From the IMG/VR virus record IMGVR_UViG_3300002461_000857: DNA of 64,000 nucleotides; one strand, given 5' to 3'. Both the position numbers and the translations under genes were made by a program. This document shows, in pieces, positions 25,876 to 34,730 of the stretch; the first letter of the stretch is position 1, and every line of letters starts with the position of its first letter. Below the pieces are notes generated by a model. That model did no database searches and was not told where the DNA came from. It was given only the letters and a program-made list of their open reading frames with translations. This DNA comes from a virus.

Positions 25876-27348
25876 TTACTCGGCCGACGTTCCGGTGTAC
25901 TGGATCTTGATCTTGCACTGCAGGCCGGGGCTGACGTCCAGACTCGCCCGAGCCTCGTCGCCGTCCTTCTTGAATCTCGGAAGTCCGGAGTACTCGATCT
26001 CGGCATAGAGCGCGTCTCCGACCGCCTTGACTCGCTTGAGGCGAGGAAGCGGGTTCCACATCCTCTCGTCATCGTCCTGTCCGACGACGAAGTAGTAGTA
26101 GTTCGGAGACAGCGGCCAGTGCTCTTGCTTCTGAGGACACGGGTCGATGCTCGGGTCCTGGATCGTCGAGAGCGGAGCTCCGGGATTGAGGATCGAGACC
26201 TTGCCGTTGACGAACCGGATCCGAAGCTTGTACTTCGCCTTCCACCAGATCGGAACACGGAATCCCTGCCACTGGTCGTAGTCGATCGGCTGGAGTTCGT
26301 CTGCGTTTCGGATCTTGAAGCTGACCTCTCCGACGTCGTCGGGAGGGTTTCCGCTGACGTACGGATCCAGATCGCCGAAGCTCGCCGAGTCCGTTCCGAT
26401 GCAGATCCCGAATCGGACCTCGAACTCGTCACATCCTGGTTCGCCAGACATGAGCTTGATCGATGCGGTCTTCCGCTCGTACCAAGTCGCCTGAGGAAGG
26501 TACTGCGTCGATGTCTTGACGATGGGGTTGTCGAGACAGGTCGGAACCCATCCACCGGCATCCGGCTGTTCTGGGCTTCCGGCTGGTCCGACTGGCCCAT
26601 CGCCGAGATCGATCAGTCCACCTTGGGGAGGCTCTGGCTCGTCGAAGTCGATGCCTCCGATCCCCGGAAGCTCGATCTCTGGAACGATCGACGGATCGTA
26701 GTCGTCCAGGCCCATGTCCTCGATCTGCGACACGACGAGCTCGTCGACCGACTGAGCGTCGGAGGTTCCGAAGACTTTTCCTCCACCGAGGACGATCCGC
26801 CTCCCGATGAGCAAGGCCAGGCTGATGAACAGCTGCTGGATCCGAGACGAAGCATCCGGAGATGGAGGCCACTGGCAATCGGGCCACTGCATCGAGAGGA
26901 ACTTCGTCGCGATCTCGATCGGGTCGGTGAGGACCTTCGTCGTGGCAAAACCGCCGATCCCTGGCGCGAGCCCTGGACCTTGGGGTTCGTCGGGGAGCGA
27001 CTTGCTGCGATTGATCGCAGCGGTGATCATCCGGCTCAGTTGCTTCGCCTGGTTGCTCTTCGAACCGGGAACGAACGCGAAATCCTGGCAGTCGTCCAGG
27101 ACGTAGATCCCGGGTGGGGTCTCTGGAGTTGGTACGATCCCGGAGTCCGTCGACTCGAAACCCGGGTATCGAGGATCGGAGACAGAGGCACCCTCCGGAG
27201 GAGGAGGAAGGATGCTCTTGCCCTTCTTCGCAGGTCGGCGGCTGACCGCCTCGGAGATCCCGTAGCCAACGACGAGCGCGCCCAGGCCCACCGCGGCAGC
27301 GATCGCGATCTGCCGATTCGTGGGATTGTTCCGGCGTTTCCGGCTCAT
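25876..27348 (-). CDS. N-terminally anchored virion-like protein, paralog of 44013-45635
   Basis: MSRKRRNNP then a TM segment; C-terminal beta-rich domain sharing IRNAD, PR(L/F)K and YSG(L/F)P with 44013-45635. Confidence 0.75.
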   Translation of the reverse strand: MSRKRRNNPTNRQIAIAAAVGLGALVVGYGISEAVSRRPAKKGKSILPPPPEGASVSDPRYPGFESTDSGIVPTPETPPGIYVLDDCQDFAFVPGSKSNQAKQLSRMITAAINRSKSLPDEPQGPGLAPGIGGFATTKVLTDPIEIATKFLSMQWPDCQWPPSPDASSRIQQLFISLALLIGRRIVLGGGKVFGTSDAQSVDELVVSQIEDMGLDDYDPSIVPEIELPGIGGIDFDEPEPPQGGLIDLGDGPVGPAGSPEQPDAGGWVPTCLDNPIVKTSTQYLPQATWYERKTASIKLMSGEPGCDEFEVRFGICIGTDSASFGDLDPYVSGNPPDDVGEVSFKIRNADELQPIDYDQWQGFRVPIWWKAKYKLRIRFVNGKVSILNPGAPLSTIQDPSIDPCPQKQEHWPLSPNYYYFVVGQDDDERMWNPLPRLKRVKAVGDALYAEIEYSGLPRFKKDGDEARASLDVSPGLQCKIKIQYTGTSAE

Positions 27349-27402
27349 GCTTCGTCTTCGTCGTGGCACGGGCATCTCCTTGGGGATCGTTCGACCAGAG
27401 TC

Positions 27403-28272
27403 CTACGGGTTCGCGAGTCTCTTGTAGAGCTCGCGATCCCGCTCGGGGTTCGACTGGCGCGGCGGGTTCTGATGCACCGGACCGTAGTCCGGGTTCGAGG
27501 TGCGCGGTCGATTCGCGGCGAGGTACGCCGCGTTGCTTCTGCCGCCGAGGCTCGCGAACTGACCGACGTCGCGATCGCTGGCTCCGCAGTCCTTCCTCGC
27601 CTGCCTCGAGGTCTTCGTCTTCGAAGCACCGGCCACGCAGGCACCGCGCTCCGCCGACCTGGTCACCCGCGGAAGCTTCTTCGGCGCCTTGCGGTACTTC
27701 GGCTTCGGCGTCGCCTTCGGCGCAGGCTTGGTCTTCGGAGCCTTTCGCTTCGGAGCCATGGCCTTCGGGGACTTCTTGGCCTTGCGCTTCTTGCCCTTGC
27801 GCTTCGTCGCGGCCATGGCCTTCGGGGCCTTCTTGGCCTTTCGCTTCTTGCCCTTGCGCTTGGCCTTCTTCGGAGCCGGAGCCTCGGCCGTCGCCTCGGT
27901 CTCCCCGGCGAGACGCTTCTCGTAGGCCTCGTTGGTCTCGCCGACGCGACGACCCGGAACGCCGGACTTCGCCGCTGCCGACTTCGCCGACTTCTTGCCG
28001 CGCTTCTTCGACGACTTCTTCTTGGCGCGCTTCTTCTTGGCCTTCTTGGCGACCTTCTTCACCGCCTTCGCGACCTTCTTCTTGGCGCGCTTCTTCTTCG
28101 CCTTCTTGGCGACCTTCTTCACCGCCTTCGCGACCTTCTTCTTGGCGCGCTTCTTCTTCGCCTTCTTGGCGACCTTCTTCGCCGCCTTGGCGACCTTCTT
28201 CGACGACTTCTTCTTGCCGCGCTTCTTCTTGCCGCCCGCGGCCTTGGCGGAAGTCTTCTTTGCTCGTGCCAT
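27403..28272 (-). CDS. Histone H1-like K/A-rich protein (putative genome-condensing core protein)
   Basis: KKVAKAVKKVAKKAKKKR repeats; four NP motifs near the C-terminus. Confidence 0.85.
   Translation of the reverse strand: MARAKKTSAKAAGGKKKRGKKKSSKKVAKAAKKVAKKAKKKRAKKKVAKAVKKVAKKAKKKRAKKKVAKAVKKVAKKAKKKRAKKKSSKKRGKKSAKSAAAKSGVPGRRVGETNEAYEKRLAGETEATAEAPAPKKAKRKGKKRKAKKAPKAMAATKRKGKKRKAKKSPKAMAPKRKAPKTKPAPKATPKPKYRKAPKKLPRVTRSAERGACVAGASKTKTSRQARKDCGASDRDVGQFASLGGRSNAAYLAANRPRTSNPDYGPVHQNPPRQSNPERDRELYKRLANP
28018..28200. repeat. ~3 x 60-bp tandem repeat coding a 20-aa Lys/Ala unit
   Basis: The 60-nt blocks beginning at 28021, 28081 and 28141 are nearly identical. Confidence 0.9.
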
Positions 28273-28376
28273 GGTTGTCTCGTTTCTCGGTTTCCCCGCG
28301 GACGGGGTTGTCTGTGGCTTACCCTACCAAAATGTGATCCGGATGGAATCTAACCGGTGTTTTTCTTGACACCGGA

Positions 28377-28649
28377 CTAGCGGCTCTCGCCTCTGGAGAG
28401 CCGTCGGGCCAGGATCACCATCTCTGGGGCCTTCTGGCTGGCTCTCGCGATCGCGGCTGCCTTCGTCGGGAAGCTCCTCGTCTCCCCGATATCGATCCAG
28501 GCTTCCGGGTCGACGGCGTTGGCGACCTCCCGGATCGCCTCGCGCTGGGACTTGCTGCGGGCGATGTAGACCGTCTCGTTGGTTCCGTCTCCGTCCGCGT
28601 CGACAGGGATCGCGGAGTACCGGTACTGGGGGTTTCTGGACCTGGCCAT
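28377..28649 (-). CDS. Protein with the shared C-terminal tag (LARRLSRGESR)
   Basis: MARSRNP start, GAGGAG RBS, tag at the C-terminus. Confidence 0.7.
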   Translation of the reverse strand: MARSRNPQYRYSAIPVDADGDGTNETVYIARSKSQREAIREVANAVDPEAWIDIGETRSFPTKAAAIARASQKAPEMVILARRLSRGESR

Positions 28650-28653
28650 CTCC

Positions 28654-28950
28654 TCAGTCCTCCTCTTCTTCAAGAACTTCGGCAAGGCCTTCTCGCATCA
28701 GATCGAGCATCTCCTTGGTCTCTCCAAGCGCGATCTGGGCCTCCTCGACCTGGCCGGGGCTCATCATCGCCGCGTAGTGCAGGTGGGTCGCGGCTTGGCC
28801 GATGAAGAAGTGAGCTGCCATCCCTGCGGCAACCCTCTCGCATCGATCCTCGAGCATCATGGCTCTCGAGATCTGCCCTCGGGCCAAATCGATCGACTCC
28901 CTCGCCAGGCTGACGGACTCCGATGGGTCGTGAGTGTTTTTTCTCCTCAT
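28654..28950 (-). CDS. Small helical hypothetical protein
   Basis: MRRKNTHDP...; ATG overlaps the upstream TGA. Confidence 0.6.
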   Translation of the reverse strand: MRRKNTHDPSESVSLARESIDLARGQISRAMMLEDRCERVAAGMAAHFFIGQAATHLHYAAMMSPGQVEEAQIALGETKEMLDLMREGLAEVLEEEED

Positions 28951-29915
28951 CGGGATTCTCCTCGGGCGAGTCGTCTCGCGGTCGCACACTTGATAGTGTC
29001 GACGCCTTGGATCCTCCTCAGGATGCACAGCGTGGTCTCGACACATGATCGATCCTGAACCTGCTCGAGGAACAAGATCGCGTCGATGTCCGTCGTTCCA
29101 TCCGTGGACATCATGCGCTCGATGTCCTTTCGGAGAGCCAGATCATCTGTGCTGTCCCTGAGCTCCTCGATCGCCGCGTAGGTCCTCTGATCCATCGACC
29201 CCGGATTGTCGCGATGCATCTTCTTGAGCTTGTCGTAGTACTTCCGATCCTCTGCGAGGTGATCCATGGCGATCTCCATCGCGATCAGAGGATCGGTCGT
29301 GTGCTCGAGCTCGACGACGATCCCATCGATCAGTGACGATGGGCAGAAGTCTCTCGGAAACATGCCATGGGCAACTCCACCTCGGATCCTCTGCCTCCAG
29401 GTCGATCGATTTCCGTACTTTCGAACCGTATCCTCAGCGATTCGAAGACGCTTGGCGTGGCTGAGTTCCTCGCGTTCAGGGTTGGACTTCTTCTTCGACT
29501 TCTTCTTCTCTAGCTTCGCATTCCAACCATCCGTGTATCCCCACCACCACTCGTCGATATGCGATGGGTGCTTCTTCCCTGGATCCTTGGGCTTTCGCTT
29601 CTCATCGATCGCGGTTACGAATCCTCGGAAGTTCTCGTTCGAGCGAGACGTAGGCTGCCACAAGATTTTCGCCTCTAGCAGCTGCGTGTCTCGGTACGGG
29701 TCTCCGATGATCAACCGGTCCCCATCGATCGATCCGATCCCTTCGTAGTTGAGAGACGTTGGGGCTCCGTCGGTCGAGAAGATCTGATACTCGAGGTTCG
29801 GAGAGTCGTACTCATTCCCGTCCGGCCCAGTGATCGTGCGAGACACGAGGAGGTAGCCGCGGTTGATGAACAAACGCTGCGTGGTACCGGACGGGTTTTT
29901 CTTCGAAGCGTTCAT
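28947..29915 (-). CDS. Multidomain protein with a DUF5661-like domain and the shared C-terminal tag (TARRLARGESR)
   Basis: LIDGIVVELEHTTDPLIAMEIAMDHLAEDRKYYDKL; domains separated by KKNP, KSNP and RDNP. Confidence 0.7.
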   Translation of the reverse strand: MNASKKNPSGTTQRLFINRGYLLVSRTITGPDGNEYDSPNLEYQIFSTDGAPTSLNYEGIGSIDGDRLIIGDPYRDTQLLEAKILWQPTSRSNENFRGFVTAIDEKRKPKDPGKKHPSHIDEWWWGYTDGWNAKLEKKKSKKKSNPEREELSHAKRLRIAEDTVRKYGNRSTWRQRIRGGVAHGMFPRDFCPSSLIDGIVVELEHTTDPLIAMEIAMDHLAEDRKYYDKLKKMHRDNPGSMDQRTYAAIEELRDSTDDLALRKDIERMMSTDGTTDIDAILFLEQVQDRSCVETTLCILRRIQGVDTIKCATARRLARGESR

Positions 29916-29961
29916 GGACGGGGCCTTCTCGTTCCCCGTTCTACGGGGGAGGCGATCACGT

Positions 29962-30834
29962 CTATCGGCTCTGACCCGACGCGAGACGACGAGCGACGCT
30001 GTTCGACGTGGGAACGTGGCCTGGGTTCGAGATCCGGATCTCTTGAGCGATCGCATCTCCAGCGATCGATCCGATCGTCTCCTCGAGACCGTCGATGAAA
30101 CCGTCCTTGTTGCGCCGGATCTGGTCTCCCGACGCGAGCATCGCTGCTCGGACATACTTCCTGATCTCCTCCTTGAGCATCCTGGCACGCTCCTGGAGGC
30201 GCATGCTGTATGCCTCGGACTGCGAGATCTCGTCGGGATACAAAGGGTTGCGCTTGTACATCCCGTCGGACTCTTCGTAGCGATCGGATCTCTTCACAGA
30301 TCCTGATCCTGCGTGAGACGACACTGCCGTGGCGCGGCCCTTGTCCATCGTCCCATCGGAGTCCTCATACCGATCGGTACGCTTGACTCTCTGACGACCC
30401 TCGAACTGGACCGCTGGCTTCGTGTTTCGCTTCCTCATGACGTTCTTCTCCTTGGTGGCGTTTTGTTCCGATGCGCAGACGACCTGGAGGCCTTTTCCGG
30501 GCCAGTCGTGGTCGTAGCAGATCTGTGTTCCGAGAACTTCTCTAGCCGCACGATCAGCTCCATCCTCGCTCAGATCATTCCACCGCTGGTATGCGATGAC
30601 GTGGCCGACCTCATGGGCGACCAGAGCGCGGAGATGTTCTTCGTTCAGGTCAGATGTTGCTCGAGCAAATCCGAAGTCGAGATCTTCAACTCCGACAGAT
30701 GCGTATCGCCTCCGGCTGTTCCGGTGATCCTCATCCTCTCGTTCCGACCACGACACGCTGGCAGGAGACGGATCGATGCCTGCTCTGCGCAGGGCGGAGC
30801 GGATCATCCTGTCGATCTTGGCCAGCGATGCCAC
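29962..30834 (-). CDS. Zincin-like (HExxH) domain protein with the shared C-terminal tag (VARRLASGQSR)
   Basis: LRALVAHEVGHVIA...EDGADRAA. Confidence 0.7.
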   Translation of the reverse strand: MASLAKIDRMIRSALRRAGIDPSPASVSWSEREDEDHRNSRRRYASVGVEDLDFGFARATSDLNEEHLRALVAHEVGHVIAYQRWNDLSEDGADRAAREVLGTQICYDHDWPGKGLQVVCASEQNATKEKNVMRKRNTKPAVQFEGRQRVKRTDRYEDSDGTMDKGRATAVSSHAGSGSVKRSDRYEESDGMYKRNPLYPDEISQSEAYSMRLQERARMLKEEIRKYVRAAMLASGDQIRRNKDGFIDGLEETIGSIAGDAIAQEIRISNPGHVPTSNSVARRLASGQSR

Positions 30835-30837
30835 AAG

Positions 30838-31803
30838 TCACCGACTTCTGCCCTGGGATAGCCTTCGCGCGAGCTCGACGGGGTTGGATGCTCTCGTCGG
30901 AGCCACGCGAGATGGGTTCGAGTCCCGGGTGTAGTCGAACTCCGAGAGGTCATAGCCTCGCATCATCCCGAACTCGTACGGATCGATGAGCTTGAGCATG
31001 CCTCGGCCGTGGACGTTCCTTGCCTCGTCCTTGTCCAAGTTGTTCTCGATCCACTCATCCGCTCTCCAGTCCTCGAGGAAGACCTCCGAGCCTCTCTCTC
31101 CGAACATGGCCAGGTGCTCCTCGATCCTGCGGCGGATCTCGGCATCGGTCGGTCGGATCGTGAGAGCCCCGGTCGGATCCATCTTGATCTCGACCTCGAT
31201 CAGATCTTCCGGGTTCTTGCGCTTCGCCTGAGCGGTCACGGGGTACTTTGGAACCTTTCCAGTCGTCAGGTAGGCGTCGATCGACTTGATCGTCTTCTTC
31301 GCCGGTGGGAACTCCGGATCGAAACCATTCTTGATCGCCGACTTCAGGGCTTCGATGTTCTCCCTCCCTGAAGAGTCGAGCTTGCTCGACATGGAATCTT
31401 CGATCTTCTGCGCCGCTCCGAGCAGGTGGCCGAGCCGGTAGTAGTTGATCGAACCTCGCTTGGCCTCTCCGGCGCTCACACGCATGTCGTACTGCGTCAG
31501 GTTCGCAGTGAGGATGGTGAGAAATCCTCGGACGGTGGGCTCGACTGGATTGACGTTCATCGACTCTCTCCCTGCGGTCCGGATCTTCTCACGCTTGAGC
31601 GACACGATCGAGATCGGCGCAGATCCGCCACCGAAGGCGACCGATCCGGTCCGGGATAGCCCCTCGACGACCTCCGTGGAGATGTCGTCGTTCTCGTCGA
31701 GAAACTCGCCGAGCGGGCCTTCCCACTCGATTTTCCCGTCGCCGTCCTCGAGCTGGACCATCGTGCTCATGTCGAGGATCGTTCCGACCTGCGATCTCTT
31801 CAT
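30838..31803 (-). CDS. Multidomain protein with the shared C-terminal tag (LARRLSQGRSR)
   Basis: ATGA coupled; modules separated by VNP, KNP and SNP. Confidence 0.7.
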   Translation of the reverse strand: MKRSQVGTILDMSTMVQLEDGDGKIEWEGPLGEFLDENDDISTEVVEGLSRTGSVAFGGGSAPISIVSLKREKIRTAGRESMNVNPVEPTVRGFLTILTANLTQYDMRVSAGEAKRGSINYYRLGHLLGAAQKIEDSMSSKLDSSGRENIEALKSAIKNGFDPEFPPAKKTIKSIDAYLTTGKVPKYPVTAQAKRKNPEDLIEVEIKMDPTGALTIRPTDAEIRRRIEEHLAMFGERGSEVFLEDWRADEWIENNLDKDEARNVHGRGMLKLIDPYEFGMMRGYDLSEFDYTRDSNPSRVAPTRASNPVELARRLSQGRSR

Positions 31804-33218
31804 CGGGAGGCTCCTCGAGCGAGTCGGCTCGCCAGGACGTGTGGGTTCGCAGCGGCTCGGATCTGGGACTCGTCCATGGACTCGGAGTCCTCTGTGTCCG
31901 GCTGGTCTCGAGGGACGAGAGCTGCGACCAGGTGGCCGTCGAGCTCGTGGACCGGGACCACGAAGAGGTTGTCGGTCTTCGACACCTTCTCGGCTCCTCG
32001 TTGGCGAGGTGCCTTGTAGGCGAGGCCCACCACCACCTGCTGAGGATCCAGTGGCCTCGCGTCGCTGAGATCTCCGTCGACGACAGGGACGCCGAGGAAC
32101 TCGGAGGGAAGGCGATGCCTCTGCGTCAAGAAGACGACCGCGACGCGTCGACCCCTGTCGAGCTCGTCGTTGACATCTTCGAGGTTCCGACCGCTGTACG
32201 AGAAGGTCAGATCGTAGTTGGCTGGGTTGTCCCGGTGAGGAACCTTCGTGTAGTCGTAGTACTGACCACTGGCCATCTCGAACAGCTCCGGGAACACCTT
32301 CTCCCATGGGACGTCGGAGAAGACATTCAAGCGGACCATGCGAAGGTTCTCGCTTCTGGCTTGAAGGTGACGACGGCAGGATTCCAGGAGGATCCTCCCG
32401 AAGGCATCAGGCTCCTCGATGAGCGCAGAGAGCTTCGCGGTCTTGATCACCGTGTTGTACGGATCCGCCTCGTTCCTTCCGCTGTAGACGAGACACGACT
32501 CTGCACACTCTCGGCTCGCGCCGACGCAGGTGTTGAACCCGATCGTTCCTGTGATCTTCGACCACACCACGTTCGTAAGCATGGTCAGGCCTTGGACATC
32601 GATCCCGGTCCGACCGTACTTCGCCGCGAGAAGTCGCTTCTGGCCTTCGGAGATCGTCGTCTTCGACGTCTTGTAGTTCTGCCCCAGAAGACTCTGGATC
32701 ATCGACGACGGTGTCGCCCACGCCTTGAGCGGTGCTCCACCCTTCGATGACGGGAAGATCCTAGAGACTCGATCGAAGGCTTCCTGGATCGACATCGCCT
32801 CAACCGCCGAGGCGTTGACGCGGAGCTTCTTCATCGCGCGCCAAGAGACCTCCGGACCGCGTCGACCCAACGGGTTCTGAGCGATGATCTCCCCGAGGTC
32901 GATGCTCCGATCGACGATCACGCGCTCGGAGATTCCAGAAGCGAGTCGAACCGCGTCCGTCTCCGATCGTTTCGTGTCGATGATCGATCCAGAGCTGTCG
33001 ACGACGGCGAAGATCTGCGACTGAGGATTCGCGAAGTTTCGCTTCCGCCCTCTTCCCGATCCGCTCAGCTTTCCACCGCCGTCTTGACGGTTGACCGTCG
33101 CCCAGGCTCGGCCCGCGGCCTCCTCGGCCGGAACACCGGCATCTCGGTAGCTCTGCTCGATGTGCTGAGCTTTCCGTTTCTGCTTGTCGGTGTAAGCGTC
33201 CTTGGAACCTCGCGCCAT
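31800..33218 (-). CDS. Gp88-like domain protein with an N-terminal YTDKQKR domain and the shared C-terminal tag (LASRLARGASR)
   Basis: CVGASRECAESCL, VRLNVFSDVPWE, YYDYTK, YDLTFSYSG (Gp88-like); N-terminus AYTDKQKRKAQHIEQSY...AWATVN resembles a small bacterial protein family. Confidence 0.75.
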   Translation of the reverse strand: MARGSKDAYTDKQKRKAQHIEQSYRDAGVPAEEAAGRAWATVNRQDGGGKLSGSGRGRKRNFANPQSQIFAVVDSSGSIIDTKRSETDAVRLASGISERVIVDRSIDLGEIIAQNPLGRRGPEVSWRAMKKLRVNASAVEAMSIQEAFDRVSRIFPSSKGGAPLKAWATPSSMIQSLLGQNYKTSKTTISEGQKRLLAAKYGRTGIDVQGLTMLTNVVWSKITGTIGFNTCVGASRECAESCLVYSGRNEADPYNTVIKTAKLSALIEEPDAFGRILLESCRRHLQARSENLRMVRLNVFSDVPWEKVFPELFEMASGQYYDYTKVPHRDNPANYDLTFSYSGRNLEDVNDELDRGRRVAVVFLTQRHRLPSEFLGVPVVDGDLSDARPLDPQQVVVGLAYKAPRQRGAEKVSKTDNLFVVPVHELDGHLVAALVPRDQPDTEDSESMDESQIRAAANPHVLASRLARGASR

Positions 33219-33221
33219 GAT

Positions 33222-34040
33222 CTACCTCGACGATCCGCTCGCGAGTCGTCTCGCAGCGCTGCTCGGGTTCGCGGAGCGTTGGTTCCACTCCGCGGTCCGT
33301 TGCTCCCACCACGGCTTGTAGGCATACGGGATGTCGAACCACTTCTTCCCGTCTCGTCCCGTGAACACGTCCGGCTTCGACACGTGGCCGCGATGGACCG
33401 CGTACCAATCCTTCACGATCTTCTTCGTGGTCTCGTTGTACGGAACGTAGAGATCCGATTCGCGGTTTTCGATCGGGACTCCGGCCTCGAGCATCTTCTC
33501 GTAGATGTCGAACTCCTTCCCCGTCGTCTCCACGTTCCTCTTCCTCGATCCTCTCCTTGGGTTCTCCAGGACGAGGTCGTCGAGGGCGACGAGGCTATGG
33601 CTCTGCCCGTTGACGGGATCCTCGAGCTCGATGTGCGCCGCGTCGATCCCCTTGACCACGACGATCTCCACGATCTCGCCGCAGATGCTGTGGCCGGGGT
33701 AGCCCTCGGCGTTGATCCTCACCCGCTGCCCGGGCCCGAGGTTCGATCGTCTTCGTCGGCCCGGGTTGTTCCGCCTCGACCTGGCCTCGTCGGGCTTCCG
33801 ATCTCCGACGTACCCGCCCACCGCAGATCCGAGCGGACCGAGGATGACTGAGCCCACGCCGGCCCCGATCGCGCCCCGACGCTTCCGATCCGCAGGGGCC
33901 CCGACCTGTCCGCCGATGGTTCCGCCGACCACGCTGCCGATGTAGCCGCCGGCCGGGCCCGCGATGCTTCCCAGCAAGAGTCCGATCATCGAGCCGAGGA
34001 ATCCGCCGAGGCCGGCGCCGTTTCTCTTTCTTCGTGCCAT
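33222..34040 (-). CDS. Membrane-anchored multidomain protein with the shared C-terminal tag (AARRLASGSSR)
   Basis: Gly-zipper hydrophobic N-terminal half; ENRESDLYVP...WFDIPYAYKPWW domain. Confidence 0.7.
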   Translation of the reverse strand: MARRKRNGAGLGGFLGSMIGLLLGSIAGPAGGYIGSVVGGTIGGQVGAPADRKRRGAIGAGVGSVILGPLGSAVGGYVGDRKPDEARSRRNNPGRRRRSNLGPGQRVRINAEGYPGHSICGEIVEIVVVKGIDAAHIELEDPVNGQSHSLVALDDLVLENPRRGSRKRNVETTGKEFDIYEKMLEAGVPIENRESDLYVPYNETTKKIVKDWYAVHRGHVSKPDVFTGRDGKKWFDIPYAYKPWWEQRTAEWNQRSANPSSAARRLASGSSR

Positions 34041-34048
34041 AGATCACC

Positions 34049-34540
34049 TCAGAGTGTTTCGAGATCGACGCCCTGGGCCGCGGCCCAGGTCCACATCATG
34101 GAGTTCCAGGTCGTGCCCTGCTGGCCGCTGATCAGGTTCTGCGAGTTCGCGGCGTTGACGACGGCCATGAACGTCTGGGCGTAGAACTTCGCCTCGCCGG
34201 GGTTTCGCGTGTCGGCGGGATACACCGTGCAGGTGGTGGCCTGGGATCGGATTAAGGCGGAGGTCGTCTCGAACGGATCGAAGGTCCCCAGGGCCGCGGC
34301 CTGGCGGACGCCGACACGGATCCGCTCGAGCCACGCCGGGTTGTCGGTGATCGACGGCATCGAACAGGAGGCATCGGCTTGGACCAGGCGTCGCGGCGGA
34401 GTCTTCTTGCTCGAAGCCGAGACCACCGCCGCCGTGGTGAGCAGCACGACGATCCCTCCGATCCCGTAGAGGATGTACTTCTGACCCTGTGTGATCGGCA
34501 GATCCAGGGGGTTCTTCCGGCGATGTCGACTTCGTGCCAC
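34049..34540 (-). CDS. N-terminally anchored virion-like protein
   Basis: MARSRHRRKNP followed by a TM segment. Confidence 0.7.
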   Translation of the reverse strand: MARSRHRRKNPLDLPITQGQKYILYGIGGIVVLLTTAAVVSASSKKTPPRRLVQADASCSMPSITDNPAWLERIRVGVRQAAALGTFDPFETTSALIRSQATTCTVYPADTRNPGEAKFYAQTFMAVVNAANSQNLISGQQGTTWNSMMWTWAAAQGVDLETL

Positions 34541-34567
34541 TTGGAGATTCCTCTTCGAGGTGAGAGA

Positions 34568-34717
34568 TCAGGATTCGGCGGCCCGCCGCTGCTGGGCCTT
34601 GATGCGTCGCTCTTGGAACCGCTTGGCTTCACGATAATCGACGATCCTCCAGCCAGCGTAGGCGACGACCATGGTGGCCCCGAGCGTGATGAGGATCTTG
34701 GTGGATGGGTGCATCAT
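34568..34717 (-). CDS. 49-aa single-pass membrane protein (below the ORF-track cutoff)
   Basis: MMHPSTKILITLGATMVVAYAGWRIVDYREAKRFQERR...; fills the intergenic gap, AAGGA RBS. Confidence 0.55.
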   Translation of the reverse strand: MMHPSTKILITLGATMVVAYAGWRIVDYREAKRFQERRIKAQQRRAAES

Positions 34718-34730
34718 CTGGTCCGTCCTT

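Noticed and set aside
25555-28353. 932-aa plus-strand ORF, and similar long ORFs at 34671-36092, 36598-38109, 38878-40599, 43812-46103 and 47167-48792
   Set aside because: Antisense shadows of GC-rich minus-strand genes; low-complexity R/L/V/D composition and no motifs, whereas the minus-strand ORFs are translationally coupled.
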